Source: Eledone cirrhosa | Lineage: Eukaryota | Length of the DNA: 64,000 bases | Direction: 5' to 3' | Assembly: GCA_964016885.1 (NCBI GenBank) | Contig: OZ024749.1 | Location: 43,214,001-43,278,000, forward strand | In this document: positions 29,727 through 44,787 of the stretch, piece after piece | How the letters are laid out: every line of letters starts with the position of its first letter | Numbering within the stretch: the first letter of the stretch is position 1 | Program-made: the position numbers and the translations under genes | The notes under the pieces: generated by a model | The model's input: the letters and a program-made list of their open reading frames with translations, nothing else | What the model was told of the DNA's origin: nothing | The model's database searches: none

Positions 29727-30039
29727 GAAATTTACCCATTTAACCACAATTGAGCTACAATGCCGGTTCGATTCTGCTGGAGGCTGATTTATCTTCTTCC
29801 TTGTATACATTGTTTTCTAATTGAATCTGTTATGAGAACGGGTGTCTGCTTCTTGCTTGATCTCAAAGACTTCCAACAAGTCTCTCTGTCAATTATGGAA
29901 ATTTCCTTTCATTTCAGACTAGTGAAGTTTCCGCAATACTTTGCTTTCTGCTTTCTCACATCGCCTCTTCTAGAATAATAATAGTTATTAGAGGTTCTTG
30001 GATTGTGTCTTAACAAAATGGTCCACATGACATATGATA

Positions 30040-30167
<128 letters not shown>

Positions 30168-30246
30168 TTTGGGTGTGAGTGTGTGATTGTGTGTGTGTGT
30201 ATGTACATACACACGTATATATATATATATGTGTGTGTTTGTGTAT

Positions 30247-30285
<39 letters not shown>

Positions 30286-30302
30286 TATGTATATACGTTA
30301 CA

Positions 30303-30407
<105 letters not shown>

Positions 30408-30409
30408 AT

Positions 30410-30490
<81 letters not shown>

Positions 30491-30501
30491 TATATATATA
30501 C

Positions 30502-30544
<43 letters not shown>

Positions 30545-30588
30545 TACATATATATATACACATATATACATATATACACACACACACA

Positions 30589-30625
<37 letters not shown>

Positions 30626-30682
30626 GTCTATATATATATATATATATATATACACATACATACATACACACACATACACACT

Positions 30683-30745
<63 letters not shown>

Positions 30746-31084
30746 TATATATACATATAATATATATTATCCCCACACATATATTTGTCTTTATCTCTAT
30801 GTATGTATGTATCTCTGCCTCCATTTCCATGTCTATAGGAATGTTTGTGAGAGGGGGGTGGGGGTGAGATATACAACAATACTTCCATCTGTCTGTCTGA
30901 TTGTGAATATATATTGATGATAATAAACTATAATATGGTTATTACGAAAAGTGGGACTAAGACTACGTCTGCTCGAAGTTATGGCTACGATATTGATGTT
31001 GTTGATGATGAAGAAGAAGGAGAAGACGATAATGTTGGTGACAGTGATGATCAGGATTATGATGATTATGATGAAGTTAATTCC

Positions 31085-31115
<31 letters not shown>

Positions 31116-31451
31116 CTAATTATGGTAATAGTGATGGTGTCCATGATAATGATTTTTGCCGATGGTGATCATGATGTTGCTGATGGTGGAACATTATGGT
31201 GATGATGATGATGATGATGTATTTAGCATTACCAGGAATAAACACTACAGAGTTAGGAATGTGTTCTAGTTAAACTTGATTAGTATTTGATTACCTTTCA
31301 TCTTATCAAACTTACTGAGATAAAGACGTAGAAAATAGAAAGGAAATCTTAACAGTGACAAACTTATCACTTCCTAAAATACTTATAACACCACGATCTT
31401 CCATAACACCACGCTATGGTTGTTTTGTATACGTATATATTTCTCCGGGGT

Positions 31452-31560
31452 CGGCGAATTGGCTGAGTCGTTAGAACGTCGGGTTGAGTGATTTTCCGTA
31501 TTTCTTTCGGCCCTCTGCTCTCTGAGTTCAAATCCTGCCGAGGTCAAGTTTTCTTTTCGA
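31452..31560 (+). mobile_element. SINE family 1, diverged 5' half
   Basis: GGCGAATTGGCTGAGTCGTTAG...CTGAGTTCAAATCCTGCCGAGGTCAA. Confidence 0.8.
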
Positions 31561-31570
31561 GACAGAGAAA

Positions 31571-31719
31571 TAATTGTTTCTACTTTTGGCACAAAGCCAG
31601 CAATTATCCCAGTGTATTACTGGTACTTTATTTTATCGACCCCGTAAGGGTGAAAGGCAAAGTTAACCTCGGCGGGATTTGAACTCAGATCATAAAAGGC
31701 CGTAACTCTTTGCTGTAAA
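31571..31719 (-). mobile_element. SINE family 1, 5'-truncated
   Basis: Consensus match. Confidence 0.9.
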
Positions 31720-31738
31720 ACAAAAAAAAAAAGCTTAC

Positions 31739-31863
31739 ATGATCAAGATTGAACGCAGACCGGGATCACCACCGTCCCTAGTACCTACCGCTAGGCCACA
31801 GAGACAAATAATGATATAGAATAACAAAATAGAGGTGATGAAACATAGCTTAATCCGGAGCAT
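31739..31863 (-). CDS. Candidate first coding exon with signal-peptide-like N-terminus
   Basis: ATG at 31863: MLRIKLCFITSILLFYIIICLCGLAVGTRDGGDPGLRSILI then AT/GTAAGC donor (phase 2); unique non-repeat island. Confidence 0.4.
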
Positions 31864-32285
31864 TTCACAAACTGAGTATTTACACGCATCGTAGGCAGGG
31901 ATTGCAAGTTCGTAACCGTATATTCTGGGCAAACAACTCTGAGCAAGCCGATTTAGTTACTATCTCTCCAAAGTCTCATACCAGTTGCCTAAGCGAAGTA
32001 TTATCCTCACTTCTTCTTCAATTAAAACGTTATGATATCCACTCAACATTACAATATAGACAGAATATAAACTATAACACTATTTTGATTCTATGTGAAT
32101 ATATAAACGAATCTAATAAATGTGTGATATAATAAGATGAAAGACAATATCGAAACCCAAAACATGATTCGAACTCAGAACCTACAAGATCGATAATAAA
32201 TCTGTTTAAAGTCTTCGTCTGGCATTTTACCATTTCTGCTATCATTTTGCTTTTGCTTGGCGAATTATCTAAGATAAAACCAAGA

Positions 32286-32400
32286 ATAAAATTTTCCTTG
32301 CTACAAAGATGTAAATAAAGTTGTCCTTGCTACAAAGATGTAAATAACATTTTCCTTGCTAGATTTAAAAATAATTTTCCTTGCTAGATGTAAATAAAGT
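32286..32400. repeat. ~30-bp tandem repeat
   Basis: About four units of AATAAAATTTTCCTTGCTACAAAGATGTA. Confidence 0.85.
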
Positions 32401-33354
32401 TCTTTTTTTTTTTTCAGTGGTGATCTTTCTGACTCTTTGGCTGATTTACGGATCGATTAATCACTTAAATGCGCTGATAAATCAGGCCAGCCGTCCGTGA
32501 GAGATTCACTTCGATCTATCGATCAGTGTTATGTTCCATCAGAAGCTAGAATGTGGACGTATGTAATCGGATTATTATAGAGCAGTCTAAACTTAAGACC
32601 CATGAACAATCGAAATATGAGTGAGAGGGTAAATATATAGAGAACTGAAAGGGTGAACATATAACTCCAATCTATTGAGTGTGTTAGGTGATTATAATCC
32701 TTTCACATAGCATTGCTACATAGTTGAGGGTGGAGTGTATATAGAATATAGAATAGATTTATGATACAGGTTAGGGAGTGAAAGCGTAGTGTTGGGGAAC
32801 AGAACATGTAGTCAGAACAATGTAGGGGACAGAGAGAGGGGAAAAGAGAGGAAAGTAGGGAAAAGTGAGAGAGAAAAAAGAGAGGAAGAGAGAGAGAAAA
32901 TAAAGAAAATTGGGGAAAAGAGAGAGAGAGAGAGAAAGGAGACGAAAGTAGGAAAGAGAGAGAGAGAGATAGATAGATAGAGAAAGAGAGAGAAGGGAGG
33001 ATGATAGTGGAGAAAAAGAGAAAATAGAGGAAGGGAGGGGAGAGAGAGTGAGAGAGAAAATGAGGAAAGTTGGGAAGAGAAAGAGAAAAAAAAACAGGAA
33101 TGTAGGGAGGAGAGAAAGAGAGCAAAGAGAGGAGGTAGGGAGGAGAGAGAGAGAGAGAGAGAAATGAGAGGAGGTAGGTATGAGAGAGAGGGGGAGAAGT
33201 AGAGAAAGTGAGCGAGAGAGTCAGAGTGTGGGGAAGAGAGAAGACATAGAGTTACAAAGTAGAGTTGGATCAGGAAGTAAAATCAATGTGACACAATCGA
33301 GAAGAAGATTATCTATGGTGTATAGAAAGAGAGAATCAGAGAGATATGTTAGAA

Positions 33355-33735
33355 AAGGAGGGTTAAACTACACAGAATTACATAATGAAAGGAGGGTTAA
33401 CACATACAGAGTTACATAATGGAAGGAGGTTTAAACTATACAGAGTTACATAATTGTTTTTACATTTGGCACAAGGCCAGCAATTTTCCAGTGTATTACT
33501 GGTACTTTATTTTATCGACCCCGAAAGGATGAAAGGCAAAGTTAACCTCAGCGGGATTTGAATTCAGAATGGCAAGGACCGTAACTCTATACGTCAAAGC
33601 ATGGCGTCCGACCCTCTTCCGATACTGCCAATCTTCCGCCCTTTTACAGAGTTATACAGAGTTACATAATGAAAGGAGGGTTAAACTACACAGAGTTACA
33701 TAATGAAAGGAGGGTTAAACTACACAGAGTTACAT
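33355..33735. repeat. ~33-bp minisatellite interrupted by a SINE
   Basis: Unit AAAGGAGGGTTAAACTACACAGAGTTACATAATG on both sides of the SINE. Confidence 0.88.
33451..33640 (-). mobile_element. SINE family 1, full length
   Basis: Consensus match. Confidence 0.92.
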
Positions 33736-34169
33736 ATAAACATATTAATAGAAAGAGAGAGAGAGAGAGGGGGGGAGATAGAGTGGGGAAGTGAGGGAGA
33801 TGGAACGATCAATAGATATGTATGTGTATGGGTGTGATGTAATAGAGAAATGATACTGAGGATTTATTTATGTATCGTTTCCGTTGTTATTATGTATAAA
33901 GATATGATATAAGCTTTCATACACATGGCAACTACATACAGGTATATATATTAGAAACAGCAATATCATAGCTGTACGTAGTTGTGATGTGTATGAAAGC
34001 TTATACCATAGCTTGATACATTATAAACATATATAATTATCGCTATGAATGCTGAAAAATTGTGATTATGTCACAGAAAACTCAGTAACTTAAACCATGA
34101 AAACCATGAAAACAAAAAACATACTTATTACAAGATTCGAGGAAGTCAGGGTAACGATGGAGTGGATTG

Positions 34170-34393
<224 letters not shown>

Positions 34394-34404
34394 TATATAT
34401 GCAC

Positions 34405-34469
<65 letters not shown>

Positions 34470-34472
<3 letters not shown>

Positions 34473-34617
34473 GTTTCTGAATTTGTTTAGCAAGATTCTT
34501 TATCTGAAAACGTGTGTTGAAACCGATATTGTTATACTTTGGGAGGGTCATGTTGCCAATAAGAAACACATGTGTGTTTCTTATTGGCAACATGACCCTC
34601 CCAAAGTATAACAATAT
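34470..34617. mobile_element. Family B fold-back element
   Basis: Tail identical to 22411-22466, then perfect 45-bp arms 34526-34570 and 34573-34617. Confidence 0.88.
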
Positions 34618-35074
34618 ATATACACACATATATATATATATCTGTGTGTGTAGGTGTGATTGGGTGAGTGTGTGTATGTGTGAGTGTGAGTGTTTGTATG
34701 AATAGAAAAATGAAAGTGACTGAAATACGCATAAGCTAATACACAAACGTATGTATCTATCCAAAAGAGTCTGTTACAAAGAAACGAAACGAAACGAAGT
34801 TTGACAAGACTATCAAACACCCTGGGCCTATGTCTCCTGCATTTCTTCTGTTCACCAGATTATATATTTATAAATGAAACTTCAGTCGAGTCTTGGCTTT
34901 CTGCCACATTTTCTGCTATCTTATCTTAGACAGTAATCGCTCATTTTAATCTTCTGTCTCTATCACGACAATATCGCCTTATAACGTACTGATAAAACTC
35001 TTATAGATTTTCCTGAATAATAGATGTGTAACTCTATGCAGATTGCGTATATGTGTCCGCTTGTTTGTTTCTGT

Positions 35075-36060
35075 GTAGTATATATGTATATGTGTGTGTG
35101 TGTGTATGTGTGTATATATATATATATATGTATGTGTGTGTATTCATGTGTTTATGTGTATATGTTTCTGTATATGTATGTTTATTTGTGTATATATATA
35201 TATATGTGCGTGTGTGTGTGTGTATTCATGTGTTTATGTGTATATGTTTCTGTATATGTATGTTTATTTGTGTATATATATATATGTGTGTGTGTGTGTC
35301 TGTTTGTGTGTGTGTGTGTGTGCCATGTTTATGTATATATGTTTCTATATATGTATGTTTATTTGTGTGTATAGGTGTATGTGTGTGTGTGTGCATGTGT
35401 AAATGTATATATGTTTCTATATATATCTGTGTTTATTTGTTTATGTGTGTGTTTGTATTTGTTTAAGTATATATGTTGCTATATATGTATGTGTATTTGT
35501 ATGTGTGTATGTGCATGTGTATGTGTCTATGTATATATGTTTCTATATATCTATGTTTATTTTTGTATATGTGTGTGTATGTGTGCGTGTGCATGTATAT
35601 ATGTTTCTATATATGTATGTTTATTTGTGTATATGTGAGTGTGCATGTGGCTATGTATATATGTTTCTATATATGTATGTTTATTTGTGTATATGTGTGT
35701 GTGTATTTATGTGTGCTGGAATGTGTTTGTGCTTATATATATATGTATGTTTCTATAGATGTATGTACGTATGTGCGTATATGTGCGTATGTGTACGTAT
35801 TCCTGTGTGCGTGTATGTGTATGTATGAATGTGTCTATGTATATATATGGCTATGTGATGGCTGTGTTTGTGTAGGTATCTGTTTATGTATGCATGCATG
35901 TAAATATGTACGTATGTATGGTTGTATGTGTCTATGTACGTATGTATGCATGTAAATATATAAGTAAATATTTATGTGTAGTATCAATATGTATCACATG
36001 TGTGTGTGTATGTAATACTCCAGTGTGTGTGTGTGTATGTGTGTGTGTGTTAATCTATGC
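35075..36060. repeat. Degenerate TG/TA-based higher-order repeat
   Basis: Recurring ATGTTTCTRTATATGTATGTTTATTTGTGTATA blocks. Confidence 0.85.
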
Positions 36061-36326
36061 ATGTGTGTCCTTGTGTTTATATGTGTGTATCAGTTGCTTG
36101 ATATATTTCCTTCTCTCGACAGAACACGCGAATACGTAAATACAAATATATAAATAAATAAAAAACACCCACACAACACATATATACATATGTGTGTACA
36201 TCATTATATATAAATATATGTGTGTGTGTGTATTTGTGTGTGTGTGTGTGTTTGTGTGTGTTTCTAAACATATTGTATTTATACATACATATATATATAA
36301 TGTGGGTGTGCTTCTATAAACATCGT

Positions 36327-36391
<65 letters not shown>

Positions 36392-36410
36392 TTATACTTA
36401 TATATATATA

Positions 36411-36601
36411 TAATTGTTTCTACGTTTGGCACAAGGCCAGTAAAATACCCAGTGCATTACTGGTACTTTATTTTATCGACTCCGTAAGGATGAAAGGCAA
36501 AGTTAACCTCGGCGGGTGTTGTACTCAGAATGGCAAGGGCCGTAACTCTATACGTCAAAGCATGGCGTCCGACCCTCTATCGATACTGCCAATCCTCCGC
36601 C
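36411..36601 (-). mobile_element. SINE family 1, full length
   Basis: Consensus match inside a TA tract. Confidence 0.92.
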
Positions 36602-36643
<42 letters not shown>

Positions 36644-36671
36644 GTGTCTGTTTCTCTAAACATCGTTATAT

Positions 36672-36723
<52 letters not shown>

Positions 36724-37114
36724 GAATGTATGTATGTGTATGTGTGTGTGCTCAATACACTAAGGCAGAGCTAAACATTGTAATCAAATGTACATCCAAT
36801 GTATTTCCACTTAGTTCAAATATACCAACAATAATATAAACAACTGTAGCTCCTCAGATATATTTCCTACGTATGTATGTTCACATTTATAATGGTTTCA
36901 CTAGAATGTCGGCGTTAGATTTACTCGCTATTAACTTTCATTGTTGTTGTTGATTATGAATAAAGTTGGATGGGAATACAAGTATAGTATATTGTATCTG
37001 ATATGCATAATTATTTATTAAAATCCCGAATGATATAAAAGCTACGATAAACATTCTTACAATGGAAAACCTCAAGTTAAAACATTAATAATGCATGACA
37101 TTATGAAGGTCAAT

Positions 37115-37294
37115 AATTGTTTCTACTTTTGGCACAAGGCCAGCAATTATCCAGTACATTACTGGTACTTTATTTTATCGACCCCATAAGGATGAAAGGC
37201 AAAGTTAACCTCGGCGGGATTTGAACTCAGAATGGCAAGGGCCGTAACTCTATGCGTCAAAGCATGGCGTCCAACCCTCTACCGATACTGCCAA
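37115..37294 (-). mobile_element. SINE family 1
   Basis: Consensus match; TSD ATGAAGGTCAATAAT on both sides. Confidence 0.92.
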
Positions 37295-37559
37295 ATGAAG
37301 GTCAATAATGCATTGTTGTTGGATGGAATAAAAGTTTAGTATATGGTATCTTATATGCATACTTATTTATTAAAATCCCAAATGATATAAAACTTAAAAC
37401 CTTCTTCACTGTTTCCACCTTGTCTTATTATCTGAGGTGCTCTTCGACGGTCTTGACGAGAAAATAGATCCGTTGGGAGGAACAAATGTTGTTCAGTGAT
37501 TGACAAAGGGTTTTATTGATTGCCATTGCGAGAGTCACTGGAAATGGAATCTGTTAGAG

Positions 37560-37893
37560 CAGAAGTTCTCAAGCGTTTTGGGCCATCGTACCCACCCCAC
37601 CACGGCCACATAATACCCTCAGCAACCCCAACCCTATTTCCAGAGAGACCTGCCCACACGCAAATTATAAATAATATATAATAAATAACATCGTTAATTT
37701 ATATATAATATATACTATGTATAAATAGATATATATTTTTTTATTTTACTATACTTATATATATGTATCATTTCATATTTGATATATTAGTATATCATCT
37801 CTATCACCCACCCACTACCACCTCAGACCCCAGCGCCCCCTGGACCTTCTCAACGTCCCCGGGGGTCGGTAGCACCCACTTTGAGAACCTCTG
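37560..37893. mobile_element. hAT-Charlie-type MITE
   Basis: TIRs CAGAAGTTCTCAAGCG / CACTTTGAGAACCTCTG; 8-bp TSD TGTTAGAG / TGTTCGAG. Confidence 0.85.
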
Positions 37894-38234
37894 TGTTCGA
37901 GGATAATCCTGAAAGGAGGCACAATTAAATATATGAAGTTCTCACTTCAGTTCCTGTCATACTGACATTCTGTAACAATCTGACCTAGAATTCTCTGTTC
38001 ATATAAATGGATTATATGATTTCTTTTCCTGTGCAAAATCTGCCTTTGTTTCTATTTCTATAATACTTTACAATACATAACAATATCAAGGTCAATGATG
38101 TATTTAAACAAAGCAATAATTTGTATGTTTCTCAGAAAAAATGGTACATATTAAATGGAGAATAGCGAAGATTATTTAGCCTAAAAACCATTCTGAAAAG
38201 CCAAACATTTTTTGGATTTTTGTGGTCTTCTAAA

Positions 38235-38424
38235 TAAGTGTTTCTACTTTTGGCACAAGGCCAGCAATTATCCCAGTGTATTACTGGTACTTTATTTTAT
38301 CGACCCCGTAAGGATGAAAGGCAAAGTTAACCTCGGCTGGATTTGAACTCAGTCCGTAAAAGGACATAACTGTGCTGCAAAGCATGACGTCCGACCCTCT
38401 ACCGATACTGCCAATCCAACGCCC
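38235..38424 (-). mobile_element. SINE family 1, full length
   Basis: Consensus match; TSD TCTTCTAAATAA. Confidence 0.92.
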
Positions 38425-38526
38425 ATGATCTTCTAAATAATATCGAGATAATTTCCAGAGTAATATAATACAGTGACACAACTTATATTTCGGTATACTG
38501 ATTATTTTATTATGTGAATGCTGTTT

Positions 38527-38860
<334 letters not shown>

Positions 38861-40044
38861 ATATATATATAATTTCCACAGTGTCACAACTTATATTTCA
38901 CTATACTGGTTGTTTTACTATGTGAATGCTGTTTGATCTATTTATTTCGAAAATGTATTGGAAATGCATTTTGGAAATGAGTGTATATTTGTTCGAACAT
39001 GTATCGTGAAAGTAATTTGGAAGTGAGTGTATATTTTTCTCTTTGCCTGCTTATAAACTATATTAATATGAGTATAAGTGAAAACAAGAACTTTGCAATA
39101 TAATAATAAAATCTGGCAAATAAAATAAGCAAACAGAGTTTATATAGCAAGGTGTGATTCTTTTTCTTTGTGATTTTCTAATGTGATATGATTATGGTCC
39201 ATCTTTCATCCTATGTTATAACATTACTGCAGACTGAATTTTTTATGCATGAACTATTATTTATATCCGTTATATAGCTTACAGAACAAAGCAATATGAC
39301 GCTAGAACAGTGTTTTCATTGATTGGCTATGAGTGTGTAAAATATGTTTAAGTCTGACAGAGATTCTGGTATATGCTGAGACGCAAATTGCGTTATATAT
39401 AAATAACAACAATTACATAATAAACATGTTAACACTGACATATACAAGCACGTAGGCCACATGTGGTGATCATTAAAAAAAATCTGATTATCATAAACTC
39501 ATTATTTAAACCAGTTGACTTAGGTCTCTCTAATCATTTATAAAAAAAAAACAGACATGAAAGAAAAGTTAATTAAGAATTCGTCACCGAGAGACAGTTC
39601 GACAATATAAAAAACTTCGATCTATAAAATCAATAGTAGAAAGAACTAAAATATAAAAAAAAATAGAATGTACTGACAGACAGAATACGAGACGAGGCGT
39701 GGAGTATATTACGAAATTCATTTCAATGAACTTATATCAAGACAATTGAAAGATTTCAAAAGAAATTCATTAATGAAAAACACATAATGAATTAATTCGA
39801 AGAACACAGGAATAGTTACATATAGACAATTATTTAGAAGGAAGTGAAGTTTTGTCAAAGCATAGAGAACATTTGGGCATGAGGGAAACCACTGAGCCGC
39901 TTCTTGAATTTCTAGAAGTTGTTGCCTAATTGCTTTCGCATAAAGTACTATATCATTTACACGAGATGCTACATGGAATAATATAGCTATAGATACATCA
40001 TTGAAGATCATCAGATCCAATAAAAGAAATACTGCTTCTAGACG

Positions 40045-40200
40045 TCTTTCCACTGGTGATGCGATCTCTCGGTCGCAAATTCTAGCAATATGAAACAGTA
40101 TTTTGCTGAAGAATACAAAGCAACAGCCGGTACAAATATCGAACTAAAGACCTTATGATCATGAGTCAGACAACATAATCACTTGGCGCAGTGTCTTCAT
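40045..40200 (-). mobile_element. Diverged tRNA-derived SINE (family 3)
   Basis: Colinear with 47870-48020. Confidence 0.55.
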
Positions 40201-40349
40201 TCAACATAAAAAATTATGAATAGTCTCAGCTGGACGTCTCCGTCATTGCAGGCGTGCTGGGTTCATATCGCCAGATTCAGTTACCGAAATACCAAATATC
40301 TAATTGTAATACTATGTGTGGTAGAACTAGGAAGAATACATATATTATA

Positions 40350-40430
40350 TTGGGTTGCACAAATATGAAATTTGTAGAAAAAATAAAATTTGTTAATGCC
40401 TCACTACAAATTTAATATTTGACGTCCCAA
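40350..40430. mobile_element. ~80-bp mariner-type MITE, with an extra solo TIR at 40560-40585
   Basis: TTGGGTTGCACAAATATGAAATTTGTAG / CTACAAATTTAATATTTGACGTCCCAA, TA flanks. Confidence 0.78.
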
Positions 40431-40517
40431 TATATATATATATATTCATTAATTAAGCAAAGCAAGACCACAAATTTCACAAGGAAGATATTATTAAAAG
40501 ATTGGTTACTCTTGAAC

Positions 40518-40563
<46 letters not shown>

Positions 40564-40595
40564 GACGTCAAATATTAAATTTGTATGTTTCGCGG

Positions 40596-40650
<55 letters not shown>

Positions 40651-41050
40651 GTGACGAAACATAAGTCAATTGCATGAACTTACAATCCTGTATTTACTGC
40701 TATATATATTTCGATGATAGCCATTGAATGGCTATGACCTCATCAGGCATTTAGTCAGTTGTTAGATATGCCAGCTCTGTGTTTATAGTGTTGATGGTAT
40801 CAGAATCTTGGGACATATGGACACTATAAACACAGAGCTGGCATATCTAAGAACTGACTAACTGCCTGATGAGGTCATAGCCATTGAATGGCTATCATCG
40901 AAATATATATAGCAGTAAATAAAGGATTATGAGTTCATGCAATTGACTTATGTTTCGTCACTATTATAACTCCGGAACTTATATCTTCGTTGAGTGCTCC
41001 CTATCCGCATACTGAAGTACTGGATTTTACCAACACTTACTTTCTTGCTT
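40651..41050. mobile_element. Family E fold-back element
   Basis: ~143-bp arms 40649-40791 and 40821-40963 with a few mismatches; ~87 nt tail with ACTCC(40969)...GAGTGCT(40992); (TA)n flanks. Confidence 0.92.
40861..40916 (+). ncRNA. Minimal type-I hammerhead ribozyme (family E); mirror copy on minus strand at 40696-40749
   Basis: ACTGC-CTGATGA(40866)-GGTCATAGCCATTGAATGGCTATCATC-GAAA(40900)-TATATA-TA-GCAGT; predicted cut after 40911. Confidence 0.92.
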
Positions 41051-41082
41051 ATATATATTTATATATATATATATATATAATT

Positions 41083-41113
<31 letters not shown>

Positions 41114-41274
41114 AAACACACAAAATAACACAAGCACATATGTGTGTGAGAGTGTGTCTGTCAGTGTCTGAGGCGGAGCATGTGTGTGTGACATTAATCA
41201 GTATATGAATTTTCATTCCTTTATTGCAGAAATTTCTGTAATCATCTGTTTATTTTATTGTGCTTGTTCTCTCG

Positions 41275-41322
<48 letters not shown>

Positions 41323-42039
41323 CTCTCTCTCTTTCTTTCTGTCTGTCTCTCTCTCTCTCTCTCTCTCACACACTCACACACATACAGACTCTCCCCGCCT
41401 CTCTCTCATACACACACACAAACGCTTTTTCTCAGTTTGTATGTTCACACACATAATTTTCCTCTTTCTCTCTATCTCCCCTTCCCCAGTGTCTCCCACT
41501 CTCCCTCATACATGTCGAATATTCAGCCCTCTGCAATCTTTAAACTACCCCACCATGTATTAACGTTCTCTTGTTTGCTATTTACAATCTAAATGTGGTT
41601 ACAAAGAAAATCTAGTTACAATATAAAACGTAAAACCATCTTGAAATGAGAGATTTTCATGATTCAATGCAAAAGCGGTCTTTCTTTTGAAAATTACAAT
41701 ATCGATTAGCATGTAAATCTACCGTCCAGGATTATGTTTAGAGAACGTGCATTTTCGAGTGGGATTACAGCGATAAACTACACTACCGCCATCTATATTT
41801 TTTACACGGGTATTATCAATTTGAAACGGAGGCAGTGCGGAAACAATTCATTCACTAGACGCTAATGAAATCTGTTTAAGCCGAGAAATTAACTATGAAA
41901 TTGCCATCGATTTTGTACTATCATTGCTTGCCAAATCTATTACATCCACCGTGTACTGTTTTCTACCTCCTTTCGCTCCTGTGAAAAGTAAACTTATTAT
42001 TGTTGTTGTTGTTGTTCTTGTTTTTGTTATTGTTGCTGT

Positions 42040-42260
42040 GAAAGTATTAGATTAGAAGAGACGCTAGAGCGTCGGAAGACATGCTTTGAAGTGTTTATTT
42101 CGGGTCTTTACGTTTTGAGTTCAAATCATACTGAAGTCAAATTTGCCTTTCATGCTTGTAACGCCAATAAAATAAAGTACCAGTTAAGACATTGGGTCTA
42201 TTTAATCGACCTTTCCCTCCTCCTCACAAATTAGTAGCTCTGTACCTAAATCAGAAACTA
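42040..42260 (+). mobile_element. Old SINE family 1 copy
   Basis: TGAGTTCAAATC...TTTGCCTTTCAT...ATAAAATAAAGTACCAGT...AGAAAC. Confidence 0.75.
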
Positions 42261-42428
42261 GTATCCTTAATATTAATGTAGTGATTGACAGGATCATTAG
42301 ACAATAGCACAAAATACTTTGTGGAACATTTTCCCGGCTCATAGCCTCATGAGTGCAAAAGCCAGACTGTTACTGGTGCCATTGTAGTCGGCTTCTCCCC
42401 ACAAATCGCTAGTCTTGTGTCTTAGTTA

Positions 42429-42507
42429 TTGGGTCCTCAGGTATGAAATTTGTAAAGATTTGTGAAATGAAAACAAATTTCTACACATTTCATATTTGAC
42501 GACCCAA
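42429..42507. mobile_element. ~80-bp mariner-type MITE
   Basis: Same TIR family, TA flanks. Confidence 0.78.
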
Positions 42508-42524
42508 TAGAAACAATTATTTAA

Positions 42525-42730
42525 GCGAGGTGGATTGGCAAAATAGTTAGAATATTGGATAAAATGCTTTGGGGTATCTGTTATGGCGCTTTACGAGCAG
42601 CCGAGGGCAAAGTAATTTTTTCGTCCTTTGGAAGGTCGATAAAATAGAATACCAGTCAAGTACTGGACTCGATTTAATCAACATTCTCCCTCTCCAATAT
42701 TGGTGGTGTTGTGTCATGGTTAAACATTAT
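42525..42730 (+). mobile_element. Old SINE family 1 copy
   Basis: GGTGGATTGGCA...GGTCGATAAAATAGAATACCAGT. Confidence 0.7.
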
Positions 42731-43664
42731 TTAAGGGCGGTGGATTGCCAGATTCTATAGAGCATAGTACATAAAGTAAGAGCATAGTGCATAGTACATA
42801 ACCATAGAGCATAGTACATAAACTAAGGTAAACTATCTACAGTACTGTTTAATACAATACATTCGGCCATTTTGTGGTTAAATTCACTAAAGTACTGAGA
42901 AAGTTTAAATAAAATTCATAATCTTCGGCTAGAAAAAAAAAAGTCAAAAAATTTAAAAAATTTATTACAAAAAAAAAAATGAAAATAAAATCAAACTTAT
43001 ATCTGAAGATTATTTAACATATGTGTTTTTTGTTGTTTAATTTTTGTTATTATTTTACACTGCTGAACAGAATTGAAACACATATAAAGCACCTTCTATC
43101 TAGATTTAAGATCTTCTTTAGTTTTGTGTTATGTCCCTGTGAATTGTTGACGCTAGGGTTATATTAATTATGCAATAAAATAATTGTTTATTGAATCAGC
43201 TAACATGAATCAATATCCGTTTAAAGTGTTATTATAAATAATTCATATATTTAAATTACTCTTTGATTATTATTACTACATACTGATAATATTATTGCTG
43301 CTATTATGGTTGTTGTTATTATTATCATTATTATCATTATTGTTATATTTATTACTGTTATTATTAGTGGTCTTATTGGTCATAATAATAATGGTAATTA
43401 CAGGAGTGATAATAATAATTATAATAATAAAAATAACAATGATATTGATAAGGAAAATAATATTTATATTAAAATATTATTATCAATATACTTTATGGTT
43501 TTTATTATGAATGTTATTATAAACAATATTATAGAAAAAGAAAGAAAGGAAGAAAGAAAAGAAATTATGATTATTATTAGTATTGTTGCTTGTTATTGAA
43601 CAAACGACTTATATTTTCTTATTTACATATTTATTGATGAGCTGCCCCTGTTTCTATGTGCAAG

Positions 43665-43733
<69 letters not shown>

Positions 43734-43939
43734 AGTGTGTAAGTGTGTAAGTGTGTAAGTGTGTATGAGTGTACATGTGTGAATGTGTGTGACAGTGAAT
43801 GGGGCATGCATCTGTATTTTATGTCTGCGTGTATATAAGAGTATATGTATGTATGTGTTTTTCATTTATTTTCCACACTAAACTCTCTATCTCCCTCTCT
43901 CTCTCTCGCTCTCTCTCTCTCTCAGACACACATATATAC

Positions 43940-43980
<41 letters not shown>

Positions 43981-44076
43981 ATATGTATGTATAATATATA
44001 CAGCCACATATATACATTCATATATATATGTGTCTGTGTAAAATATATATATAATATATATATTTGTAATATATAT

Positions 44077-44229
<153 letters not shown>

Positions 44230-44787
44230 CATGTTTGTGTGTGTATCTGTATTTGTATATATCATGAATATATTAAAATATTTAATAGGTATATTGTTAA
44301 ACATCATTGATGTAGAAAACAATAAACACATATTAAGAGGCCATAAAATACACACATGAGTAATAAGTCATTTACCTTTCCTTTTAAAGTCTTCTATTTC
44401 CGCTCCCCTAACTCAAATTAGTTTACTTCTCTTACATAAGAACAGGACATGACTGAAGTTCTAGATTTAAAATTCATTATACGAGCCTCTTGACAGTTTA
44501 ACTGTTGTGTATATCAGAAATTGAATAATGATATTCACAATGCTTCGTCTGTTTATTGCTTTCCTTGGTTTCATGCGATATTTTAAATCAATACAACTTT
44601 ACTGATAGGTTTTCTACAAACTTAGTAACATATTTCTACGTCATTTCTCTTCTCTAGTTTACTTATTTAATTTCTGTATTATAATTTACCACCTATATAT
44701 TTCTCTACATAAGTATGTCTTTTGAATATTTTATTCTGTTAATATAACTATATTAAACCACATACAATGACATTCCTTCGATATGAT

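Noticed and set aside
29735-29970. Minus-strand exon following the 31739 donor
   Set aside because: Every frame closes within about 20 codons; more like decayed retroelement sequence
31739-31790. Resemblance of DPGLRSIL to the BPI/LBP N-terminal motif
   Set aside because: Spacing does not match and no downstream BPI-like exons were found
39718-40053. 111-aa non-repetitive ORF
   Set aside because: Non-ATG start at a SINE edge, no recognisable motif or splice support
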